Shown: positions 10,733-18,584 of the stretch, in pieces
Numbering within the stretch: position 1 is the stretch's first letter
How the letters are laid out: each line of letters starts with the position of its first letter
From: an uncultured Acidobacteriota bacterium
GTDB lineage: Bacteria; Acidobacteriota; Thermoanaerobaculia; Gp7-AA8
Direction of reading: 5' to 3'
Assembly (NCBI GenBank): GCA_963822445.1
Contig: CAWGHO010000002.1
Coordinates: forward strand, 256,001-320,000
DNA length: 64,000 nucleotides
Program-made: the position numbers and the translations under genes
Notes under the pieces: generated by a model
The model's input: only the letters and a program-made list of their open reading frames with translations
The model's database searches: none
Told to the model about the DNA's origin: nothing

Positions 10733-12649
10733 ATGAACGTACAACTACCAGACGGATCGCTGAAGGAAGTTCCAGAGAACGCCACCGTGGCCGACGTCGC
10801 CGCGGCGATCGGCAAGCGCCTGGCCAAAGACGCCGTGGCCGGAAAAATCGACGGCAAGGTCGTCGACGTCTACGCCCCTGTTCACGACGGCGCGAAGATC
10901 GAGATCATTACCGCGAAATCCGAGCAGGGCATCGACACCATCCGCCACTCGACCGCCCACCTGATGGCCATGGCCGTCCAGGAGCTCTTCCCCGGCACGC
11001 AGGTCACCATCGGGCCGGTCATCGAGAACGGCTTCTATTACGACTTCGGAACCGATCGCCCGTTCAGCGAGGAGGACCTCCGCCGCATCGAAGAAAAGAT
11101 GCAGGAGATCGTGAAACGCGACCTGCCGGTCCGCCGCGAGGAATGGAACCGCGACGAGGCCATCGCCACCTTCGAGAAGATGGGCGAGCACTACAAGGTC
11201 GAGATCATCAAAGGCATCCCCGGCGACGAGCCGCTGTCGGTCTATCGCCAGGGGGAATGGTTCGATCTCTGCCGCGGACCGCACGTCCCCTCCACCGGCC
11301 GCCTCGGCGCCTTCAAACTGACCTCGGTGGCCGGCGCGTACTGGCGCGGCGATCAGCGCAACGCCATGCTCCAGCGCATTTACGGCACGGCCTGGGGCGA
11401 CAAGGAACAGCTCGAGGCGCACCTCAAGCAGGTCGAGGAAGCGAAGGCTCGCGATCACCGGAAGCTCGGCAAGGAGCTGGACCTCTTCCACTTCCATCAC
11501 TTCGCGCCCGGCGCCGCGTTCTGGACCCCGAAAGGCACGACCGTCTACCAGCTGCTCTCGCAGTGGATGCGGGACCTGACCCTTTCCAGCGGCTACGTCG
11601 AGGTGAAGACCCCGCTGCTTTACAACAAGGGCCTCTGGGAGATCAGCGGCCACTGGGACAAGTACAAAGAAAACATGTTCCTGGTGGAGAACAGCGAGAC
11701 CAAGGAACACGACTTCTCGCTCAAGCCGATGAACTGCCCTTCGCATCATCTCTATTACGGGATGAAGCGTCACAGCTACCGCGAGCTGCCCCTGCGCCTG
11801 CACTCCCAGGACGTGCTCCATCGCAACGAGGCCTCGGGCACCCTCAGCGGTCTGACCCGGGTCCGGCAGTTCGCCCAGGACGACGGCCACATTTACTGCG
11901 CCGAAGAGGACGTGCCTGAGGAAGTACGCCGCTTCGTGGCCTTGCTCGACCACGTCTACAGCGCAGTCGGTCTCGAGTACACGGCGAAGTTCGCGACCCG
12001 GCCGCCGGTCCGCATCGGTGACGATGCGCTCTGGGACCGCGCCGAGTCTCTCCTCCGCAGCGCCCTGGACAGCCTCGGCCGTCCGTACGAGATCAAGGAA
12101 GGGGACGGCGCGTTCTACGGCCCGAAAATCGACTTCGACGTCTCCGACAGCATCGGCCGCAAATGGCAGCTGGGAACGATCCAGCTCGACTACAACGCGC
12201 CGGCCCGCTTCGAGATGCACTTCGTCGGCGAGGACAACGCCATGCACCGGCCGGTCGTGCTGCACCGGGCGATTTACGGCTCGTTCGAGCGCTTCATCGC
12301 CATCCTCATCGAGCACTTCGGCGGCGCTTTCCCGTTCTGGCTTGCACCGGTGCAGGTCGCCGTTCTGCCGCTTTCGGAGAAGTTCGTCGACTACGCGGAC
12401 ACCGTCGAGAAGCAGCTCCTCGATGCCGGTCTCCGCGTCGAGACCGATCGCTCGAGCGACAAGCTGGGAGCCAAGATCAGGAACGCCCAGCTCCAGAAGG
12501 TCCCCTTCATGCTGGTCCTGGGAGAGAAGGAAGCCTCGACCGGCACCGTCAACCTGCGCAAGCGGACGGGGGAACAGGCCTCGATGACGATGGAAGAATT
12601 GCTGAGCACCGCCCGCGGTTTGGTGTCCGAACGTGCGTTGACTTTATGA
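10733..12649 (+). CDS. thrS: Threonine--tRNA ligase
   Basis: TGS domain, IRHSTAHL, DLCRGPH editing motifs, RDHRKLG, LKPMNCP and GAFYGPKID. GAGG RBS before ATG 10733. Confidence 0.98.
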   Translation: MNVQLPDGSLKEVPENATVADVAAAIGKRLAKDAVAGKIDGKVVDVYAPVHDGAKIEIITAKSEQGIDTIRHSTAHLMAMAVQELFPGTQVTIGPVIENGFYYDFGTDRPFSEEDLRRIEEKMQEIVKRDLPVRREEWNRDEAIATFEKMGEHYKVEIIKGIPGDEPLSVYRQGEWFDLCRGPHVPSTGRLGAFKLTSVAGAYWRGDQRNAMLQRIYGTAWGDKEQLEAHLKQVEEAKARDHRKLGKELDLFHFHHFAPGAAFWTPKGTTVYQLLSQWMRDLTLSSGYVEVKTPLLYNKGLWEISGHWDKYKENMFLVENSETKEHDFSLKPMNCPSHHLYYGMKRHSYRELPLRLHSQDVLHRNEASGTLSGLTRVRQFAQDDGHIYCAEEDVPEEVRRFVALLDHVYSAVGLEYTAKFATRPPVRIGDDALWDRAESLLRSALDSLGRPYEIKEGDGAFYGPKIDFDVSDSIGRKWQLGTIQLDYNAPARFEMHFVGEDNAMHRPVVLHRAIYGSFERFIAILIEHFGGAFPFWLAPVQVAVLPLSEKFVDYADTVEKQLLDAGLRVETDRSSDKLGAKIRNAQLQKVPFMLVLGEKEASTGTVNLRKRTGEQASMTMEELLSTARGLVSERALTL

Positions 12650-12667
12650 CGCCTTTATCCGTAGATT
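12638..12667 (+). promoter_or_regulatory. Internal sigma70 promoter for infC-rpmI-rplT
   Basis: TTGACT-N18-TAGATT overlapping the thrS stop codon. Confidence 0.65.
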
Positions 12668-12700
12668 TGCCCACTTCACACAACTCAGGAGGACATTCGT

Positions 12701-13255
12701 ATTTTTCCACCACGCGGTAAACCCAGATTCGCCCCCCGTCCCGCCGAGCCCGAAAACCGTATCAACGACATGATCCGTGTCGCCGAGGTTCGCCTCATCG
12801 ACTCGGAGGGGAAGCAGGTCGGCGTCGTGCCGATCCAGCAGGCCCAGGAGATGGCTCGGGAAAAGGACTTGGATCTCGTCGAGATCTCGCCGACCGCGAA
12901 CCCGCCGGTCTGCAAGATCATGGACTACGGAAAGTTCATGTTCCAGCAGAAGAAGAAGCAGAGCGAAGCGAAGAAGAAGCAGAAGATCATCGTCGTGAAA
13001 GAGGTGCAGTTCCGCCCTCGGATCGACGAGCACGACTTCGACTTCAAGAAAAACCACGTCATCCGATTCCTCGAGCATGGGGACAAGGTGAAATGCATCG
13101 TCCGGTTCCGCGGACGCGAGATGACCCACATGGAGCTCGGCAAGGCCGTCCTGGACCGCCTGCTGATCGAAGTGAAGGAGCACGGGTCGTCGGAAAGCCC
13201 GAACCCGGACCTGCAGGGCAACCGGATGTCCGTGGTCATTGCCCCGAATAAGTAG
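12701..13255 (+). CDS. infC: Translation initiation factor IF-3 (ATT start)
   Basis: RINDMIRVAEVRLID, PPVCKIMDYGK and KEVQFRP motifs. AGGAGG at 12687-12692 lies 8 nt before the in-frame ATT at 12701, the canonical autoregulatory start. Confidence 0.95.
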   Translation: MFPPRGKPRFAPRPAEPENRINDMIRVAEVRLIDSEGKQVGVVPIQQAQEMAREKDLDLVEISPTANPPVCKIMDYGKFMFQQKKKQSEAKKKQKIIVVKEVQFRPRIDEHDFDFKKNHVIRFLEHGDKVKCIVRFRGREMTHMELGKAVLDRLLIEVKEHGSSESPNPDLQGNRMSVVIAPNK

Positions 13256-13360
13256 GCGGTAGGCAGTAGGCGGTAGGCGGGGGAACGGGCCAACAACAGA
13301 ATCGCCGGTTCCCCTGCCTACCGCCTACCGCGAGGGCGCAACGCGCCCGTACCGCCTACT
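13252..13360. repeat. Inverted heptamer tandem array (GTAGGCG)4 / (CGCCTAC)4 with an 18-nt hairpin insert
   Basis: Four GTAGGC(G/A) units, a spacer hairpin, then four (T/C)GCCTAC units, the third interrupted by GAGGGCGCAACGCGCCCG. Confidence 0.85.
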
Positions 13361-13412
13361 GGAATCAAATGAAGCCGCAACCCGTTACCGCCCAAGCTTT
13401 AAGGGGAAATCT

Positions 13413-13610
13413 ATGCCGAAAATGAAGACCCATCGTGGTGCCGCGAAACGGTTCAAGAAGACCGGGACCGGCAAATTGCAGCGCAACCACGCCTTCCACT
13501 CGCACATCCTGACCAAGAAGTCGCCCGGCCGTAAAGCCAAGCTGGCCGGCGAGGTCGAGGTCAGCCCCGCGAATGCGAAGACCGTGAAGCGGATGCTGCC
13601 CTACAAGTAG
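13413..13610 (+). CDS. rpmI: 50S ribosomal protein L35
   Basis: [21 protein letters not shown]...HILTKKS. Confidence 0.98.
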   Translation: MPKMKTHRGAAKRFKKTGTGKLQRNHAFHSHILTKKSPGRKAKLAGEVEVSPANAKTVKRMLPYK

Positions 13611-13693
13611 CCTGATCAGGCTACGCAACGGAGCGAGTCCGGGTAATCACCACTCCTGACCCGGCCGCTCGAAAGAAAGGAAACTGGGAGACC

Positions 13694-14068
13694 ATGCCGA
13701 GAGTCAAACGAGGTCCAAAAAGAAAGAACCGCCGCGCAAAGATCCTGAAGCTCGCCTCGGGCTTCTACGGGATGAAGTCGCGCGGACACCGCATCGCGAA
13801 GCAGGCCGTCGACAAGGCCCTGAACTCCGCGTTTGCCGGCCGCAAAGATCGCAAGGGTGATTTCCGCACGCTCTGGATCGCCCGCATCAACGCCGCCGCC
13901 CGCCTGAACGGAATGTCCTACTCCCAGTTCATGGCCGGGATGAAAGCCGCCGGAAACACGATGGACCGCAAGATCCTCGCGGACATCGCCGTGCGCGACG
14001 CTGCCGCCTTCACCGCGCTCGTCGAGAGCGCCAAGGCCGGCCTGGCCAAGTCGCAGAAGTCCGCGTAA
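13694..14068 (+). CDS. rplT: 50S ribosomal protein L20
   Basis: MPRVKRG...[14 protein letters not shown]...DRKILADIA. Confidence 0.98.
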   Translation: MPRVKRGPKRKNRRAKILKLASGFYGMKSRGHRIAKQAVDKALNSAFAGRKDRKGDFRTLWIARINAAARLNGMSYSQFMAGMKAAGNTMDRKILADIAVRDAAAFTALVESAKAGLAKSQKSA

Positions 14069-14071
14069 CCA

Positions 14072-14142
14072 CGTGTAGTGTGGGCCTCCGGCCTACCTTT
14101 TGGTCCCCCGCCCGAAGGTAGGCCAGAGGCCCACACTACACG
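14072..14142. repeat. REP-like inverted pair (family A), likely bidirectional terminator
   Basis: 28-bp arms CGTGTAGTGTGGGCCTC(C/T)GGCCTACCTT with 1 mismatch, between convergent genes. It supplies the stop codon of the minus-strand gene. Confidence 0.85.
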
Positions 14143-15950
14143 GGCGGACGTTCGACTCGCCCCGTTCGCGGATCCCACCAGACGATTTTCCCCTCGCGAT
14201 CGATCCCCGCCAGCCGCGGTGCGTCGTAGCGGATCAGGCGCGGGTCGGTTCCCCATCCCCAGTCGGCGCTCTTCACGAAGGGAACGGTCTGCACGATCTC
14301 GCCGCGATCGGCGTCGACGATGAACTGGATGCGATCGGCGCCGGTGTGGCTCCAGCCCATCTGCTTCGTGCCGCGCACGAGGATCCGTCCGTCCGGCAGC
14401 TCGCCGGCGATCGACGCGATTTCCACCGGCAGGACGACCTCGCGTCCGCCGTAAATGCGTAATCGCGACCGCTTCCCTTCGCGCACCGTCTCCACCACCC
14501 GCCCGTCGCTGAGCACGGCAGTGTTGATCGTCTCGCGCTTCGGGAAACCGATCGGTGAGGTCGCCGTGCGGCCGTCGATGAGACGGCGCTCGCGTCGCAG
14601 GAAGATGCGCGATCCGTCATTCGACGCGGTCAACAGCGCACTCACGGGAAGCATCGTCTCGCCGGTCTTCACGACCTTCTTCAGCGCCACGTCGATCTCG
14701 AAGATCCGCAGCGGTCCGCCCTCGTTCCGGTAGGTCAGCTCGATCACCCGGAGAACGTCCTTCGAGGTGAAGAACATCAGGTGCCGGAGCCTGCGATCGA
14801 ATCCGCCGGCCGAGGCCAGGATCTTTCTCGTGGAGACGTCGTAAACCGTGACGAGCGGGCCCTGACCGATGGCCACTCGCGATCCATCATCGGCCAGGCA
14901 CATCGCCGAAAACGCACTGACGCGGATGCCGGTCGCGCCGCGATTGGTGTGCAGCTCGGACTCCTTCATCCAGATCCCGACCGGCTCGAACCACGCCGCT
15001 GCCCGCCCGTCGCGGGAGAACTGCATCTCCGACCAGGGCACCATCCCGATGCGCTTCCAGCCGCCTTTCCCGTCGATCAGGAACGACGCGCGGTAGTCGC
15101 CCCGCGCTTTCGTGCTGCCGCTGGCGAGGAGCCACTCCGCACCGGGTGACTGCCGCAGCTGCGCGATCTTCGACAGATCGGCCGGCGTCGGGTGGACGAC
15201 CCAGATCACATATCCAGCGACAACCGCGACGACCGCGAAAATCGACGGCCAGAGGAATCGAGACAGCGCGGCGTGGCTGCGGCGGATGTCGGTGCGGCCG
15301 TTCGCGAGCTGCCAGATCGGCGCGACGGCAAGGATGAGCAGAATCGCGACGCCGATGCCGGCGCCGAGAAACACCGTCAGCTCCAGCGCCGCCCCCGTCA
15401 GCAGCGGACGCGCGAGCGCCACGAGCGACGCGACGAGAATCGTGGCCATCACGAAATCGACGGCGATCAAAACCGATCGCGAGCGGATGATGCTGGCCAG
15501 GATGTGGACGAGGAAGAACAACACGATCACCGCCCCCGCGGTCATCGCCACGATCTCCCGCGCCGTCAGAAGCCACAGCGCCGGCCAGGCCTTGCCGATG
15601 GCTAATGCCGAGGGAATGGCGATGATCGCGAAGCAGGCGAAGCTGGAGAGGATCGAGGCCGTGGCCTTGCCGATCCACAGCGACGCCGGCGAGATGGGAC
15701 GGGAGAAGTAGAACGACAGGCGTCGCTCGGCCATGTCCCGCATGACCGTCGATCCGCCGAATGCCGCCGCCGATCCGAGGGCCATGGCCATCGCCAGGAA
15801 GCCGCTCACCGCACCGATGACGTCCGTGCGATCGTTCCGCGCGCCGGGCAGCAGCGTCGCCAGGAAGGGCAGCACTGCCAGCGCCGCGCAGACAGCGAAG
15901 AGACGCGACCGCTCGCGCAACTCACGCAAGGCGATGGTCACCGCGGTCAT
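14136..15950 (-). CDS. ABC-2-type permease-like membrane protein with C-terminal beta-propeller-like domain
   Basis: Multiple TM helices and the RRLSFYFSRPIS...WIGK permease motif. Coupled to the ABC ATPase. Confidence 0.7.
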   Translation of the reverse strand: MTAVTIALRELRERSRLFAVCAALAVLPFLATLLPGARNDRTDVIGAVSGFLAMAMALGSAAAFGGSTVMRDMAERRLSFYFSRPISPASLWIGKATASILSSFACFAIIAIPSALAIGKAWPALWLLTAREIVAMTAGAVIVLFFLVHILASIIRSRSVLIAVDFVMATILVASLVALARPLLTGAALELTVFLGAGIGVAILLILAVAPIWQLANGRTDIRRSHAALSRFLWPSIFAVVAVVAGYVIWVVHPTPADLSKIAQLRQSPGAEWLLASGSTKARGDYRASFLIDGKGGWKRIGMVPWSEMQFSRDGRAAAWFEPVGIWMKESELHTNRGATGIRVSAFSAMCLADDGSRVAIGQGPLVTVYDVSTRKILASAGGFDRRLRHLMFFTSKDVLRVIELTYRNEGGPLRIFEIDVALKKVVKTGETMLPVSALLTASNDGSRIFLRRERRLIDGRTATSPIGFPKRETINTAVLSDGRVVETVREGKRSRLRIYGGREVVLPVEIASIAGELPDGRILVRGTKQMGWSHTGADRIQFIVDADRGEIVQTVPFVKSADWGWGTDPRLIRYDAPRLAGIDREGKIVWWDPRTGRVERPPV

Positions 15951-16798
15951 CGTCCTTCTCCAGTCAGCGCGATGAAGATCTCCTCGAGCGACATCGCCGA
16001 AACCTGGGCATCAACCGGCGTCCGCCCGTCCTCGTAATTCGTGATCACCGCCTCGGTCCCGCTCCCCCACTGCCGCACACCCGTCGTTTCCAGGCCGGCC
16101 AGTGCTTCGGGCTTGCCGGCGAAGCGGATGCGGCGGAACCGCGCCTTCACGGCTTCCATGTCTTCGTCGAGGACGAGCTTCCCGCCGCGCAGCACGCCGA
16201 TGCGATCGGCGATCGATTCGACGGCGTCGAGATCGTGGGTCGTGATCAGCACAGTGATGCCGTGGTCGGCCATGTCCGCGATGACTTCCTCGAACAGCGA
16301 CTTGCGGGCGACGACGTCGAGGCCGAGGGTCGGGTCGTCGAGGATCAGCAGCTTCGGTGAGCCGGCCAGGGCCAGGGCCAGCATCACCTGCTTGCGCTGC
16401 CCTTTCGAAAGCTCGCCGAAGCGGCTTTTCGGGTCGATGGCGAACCGCTCCAGCCGCGCGTCGAATGACGGCTGCCGCCATTGCGAATAGAGTCGCGCTG
16501 AGAACGATGCGAGATCGCGGACACGCATCTCCGGCGGCGCATCCGGCTCTTCGCCGACGATGCCAACGCGATCCATCAGCTTCGCCCGTCGCGTCCAGAC
16601 GTCCTCGCCGAAGAGCTCCACGCGGCCACGGTTTGGGCGGAGATGGCCGAGGAGACAGCGCACCAGCGAGGACTTGCCGGCGCCGTTGCGGCCGAGGAGC
16701 GCGTAGACCGACCCGGTGGGAACGGCGAGCGTCACGTCATCGACCGCGGTCTTCTTTCCGAAGCGGACGGTGATGCCGTTCGCCTGAATGACGGTCAT
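15947..16798 (-). CDS. ABC transporter ATP-binding protein (YtrB-like)
   Basis: GRNGAGKS, LSKGQ, LLILDDP and TTHD motifs. Confidence 0.95.
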   Translation of the reverse strand: MTVIQANGITVRFGKKTAVDDVTLAVPTGSVYALLGRNGAGKSSLVRCLLGHLRPNRGRVELFGEDVWTRRAKLMDRVGIVGEEPDAPPEMRVRDLASFSARLYSQWRQPSFDARLERFAIDPKSRFGELSKGQRKQVMLALALAGSPKLLILDDPTLGLDVVARKSLFEEVIADMADHGITVLITTHDLDAVESIADRIGVLRGGKLVLDEDMEAVKARFRRIRFAGKPEALAGLETTGVRQWGSGTEAVITNYEDGRTPVDAQVSAMSLEEIFIALTGEGR

Positions 16799-17190
16799 GC
16801 CTTCCTCCGCGTCTCGCGAAGAAGGCGCTGGAAGCTGTGCTCCAGCTCCGTGGAGGCTTCTCCGAGCTCCGCGCCGACCGAGAGTGCCGTGCCGGCGTAG
16901 CGCGTGGCCGCATCGCGCAAGGTCTCGTTGCGCTCCGATTTCTTGAGCTGCGCCGGCTCTGCCGCGACGAACGTGCCCTCCCCTCGCCGCACCGCGAAAA
17001 CACCGGCGTCGGTCAGCCGCTGGTAGGCGCGGGCCACTGTGTTCGGATTGACGCGCAGGTCGCGCGCGAGGTCGCGCACGGAGGGGACGGAGTCGCCCGG
17101 CGAGAGCGTGCCGAGGGAGATCATCCGGCGCATCCCTTCCTCGATCTGCCGCCAGATCGGGGCCGCGTCGGACGGGTTGATGTCGAACAC
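16795..17190 (-). CDS. GntR family regulator, YtrA subfamily
   Basis: PIWRQI...PSVRDLA...VNPNTVARAY...RRGEGTFV with a short C-terminal domain, upstream of an ABC operon. Confidence 0.93.
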   Translation of the reverse strand: MFDINPSDAAPIWRQIEEGMRRMISLGTLSPGDSVPSVRDLARDLRVNPNTVARAYQRLTDAGVFAVRRGEGTFVAAEPAQLKKSERNETLRDAATRYAGTALSVGAELGEASTELEHSFQRLLRETRRKA

Positions 17191-17197
17191 GGAGCGC

Positions 17198-17220
17198 AGT
17201 GTACTACAGGCTTAGTACAC
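17198..17220 (-). promoter_or_regulatory. YtrA-type operator palindrome overlapping the -10 of a leaderless gntR
   Basis: GTGTACTA-N6-TAGTACAC is a perfect inverted repeat. Minus-strand TACACT lies 7 nt before the GTG start. Confidence 0.8.
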
Positions 17221-17233
17221 CGGCCCGGTGAAC

Positions 17234-18496
17234 TTACTTGCAACCGACCGTCTTGATCGCGTCGGAGCCGTTGACTGCCTGATCGCTCGTGGTCTCGCCG
17301 GTCAGCGAAACGCTGGTCGCGCCGCAGAGGATCGCGGCGGTGGGCGCGTCGAAGTGCAGGAGCAGATCGTCGTCGCCGTCGCTGTCGACGTCGCTGACAT
17401 GGCCTGTGCCGTGACTTTCGGAGGCATTGCCCGGCCCGAAGCGAACCGTCGCCACATCGACCGTCGTCGCGTCGAATGACGGCGTGGTGTAGATGACCAC
17501 CGGGATGACGCCGCGCGCGCGAGGGTTGATCGAGGGCGGGATGACGTTGATCGAAACGGTGATCACCGCCGGCGGAGCCGCGGACGGCTCGAAGGCCAGG
17601 CCCTGGAAGAACTGGAAGGCGCTGCCGGAGATCGTCGGGGAGCTCACGAGCGCGCCGGTCGCGGTATCGACGGTGTAGATGCGCGAGTCCGGATCGCCCG
17701 AAGGCGTGGCCACGAAGTAGAAGCGGTTGCCGGCGCCGTCGAGCGCGGTCACGCCGCTGGCGATGCCGAGCGAAGGGCCGATGCTCGGGCTGATCACGGT
17801 CGCGGTGCCGGTCGCCGGATCGAGCGCGACGACCTGCTTCCCGCCGTCGGCGAGCGGCGTCCGCAATGCGTACAGGATGTTGTCCGCTTCGTCGTATTCG
17901 AGGCCGGTGATCGACGCGGAAGGGTCGACGACCGGCGAGGAAAGGATCGCGCCGGTGACTGTGCTCAGGGTGTAAAGCCGCTGATCGGTCTCGGAGCTGG
18001 CGGTTCCGGCGAAGAAGAAGCGATTGCCCGCGGAGTCGAGTGTCGTGACGCCGGAAGGCATACCGATGGCGACGGACGTCGGGCCGATCGCGGTGGCCGT
18101 CCCCGTAGCGATGTTGTACTGCACGACCTGTTTGCCCGCCGATGCCGCCGGCGTGCGAAGGCCGTACAGCACGTCTTCGCTCTCGTCGTATTCGAGACCC
18201 TGCACGCTCGTCGAGGCTTCGATGACCGGCTGGCTGAGCACGGCGCCGCTGTTCGTGTCGACGGTGTACAGCCGGGGGGTCGTCTCCGCGCCGGGCGTGC
18301 CAGCGAAGAAGAAGCGGTTGCCGTCGCGATCGAGGGCGACGACGCCCGACGGCGTTCCATTCGGCGGATCGATCGAGGCGCTGATCGTGGAGATGGCCGC
18401 GGTGGAAGGATCGATGGTGACGAGCTGCCGGCCGCCATCACCGGGGTTGCGCAGGCCGAACAGGGTGGAAAAGAGCAGCATGCAGGCGAGTCGCAT
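17234..18496 (-). CDS. Secreted protein with three ~98-aa tandem repeats (beta-propeller-like) and an acidic C-terminal domain
   Basis: Three repeats of LRxP...G(R/K)QxV...SGVxxLDxxGNRF(F/Y)F...R(L/I)YT, and C-terminal DVDSDGDDDLLLHF. TACAAT-N6-ATG at 18496. Confidence 0.75.
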   Translation of the reverse strand: MRLACMLLFSTLFGLRNPGDGGRQLVTIDPSTAAISTISASIDPPNGTPSGVVALDRDGNRFFFAGTPGAETTPRLYTVDTNSGAVLSQPVIEASTSVQGLEYDESEDVLYGLRTPAASAGKQVVQYNIATGTATAIGPTSVAIGMPSGVTTLDSAGNRFFFAGTASSETDQRLYTLSTVTGAILSSPVVDPSASITGLEYDEADNILYALRTPLADGGKQVVALDPATGTATVISPSIGPSLGIASGVTALDGAGNRFYFVATPSGDPDSRIYTVDTATGALVSSPTISGSAFQFFQGLAFEPSAAPPAVITVSINVIPPSINPRARGVIPVVIYTTPSFDATTVDVATVRFGPGNASESHGTGHVSDVDSDGDDDLLLHFDAPTAAILCGATSVSLTGETTSDQAVNGSDAIKTVGCK

Positions 18497-18517
18497 GCTG
18501 CGATTGTAGGCTGTGTC

Positions 18518-18579
18518 GTGTGGTGCAGGCCTCAGGCCTGCCTTTGAGACGCAAGGCAGGCCTGAGGCCTGCACCACAC
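18518..18579. repeat. REP-like inverted pair (family A)
   Basis: Perfect 27-bp arms GTGTGGTGCAGGCCTCAGGCCTGCCTT, homologous to the 14072-14142 element. Confidence 0.85.
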
Positions 18580-18584
18580 CGGAA

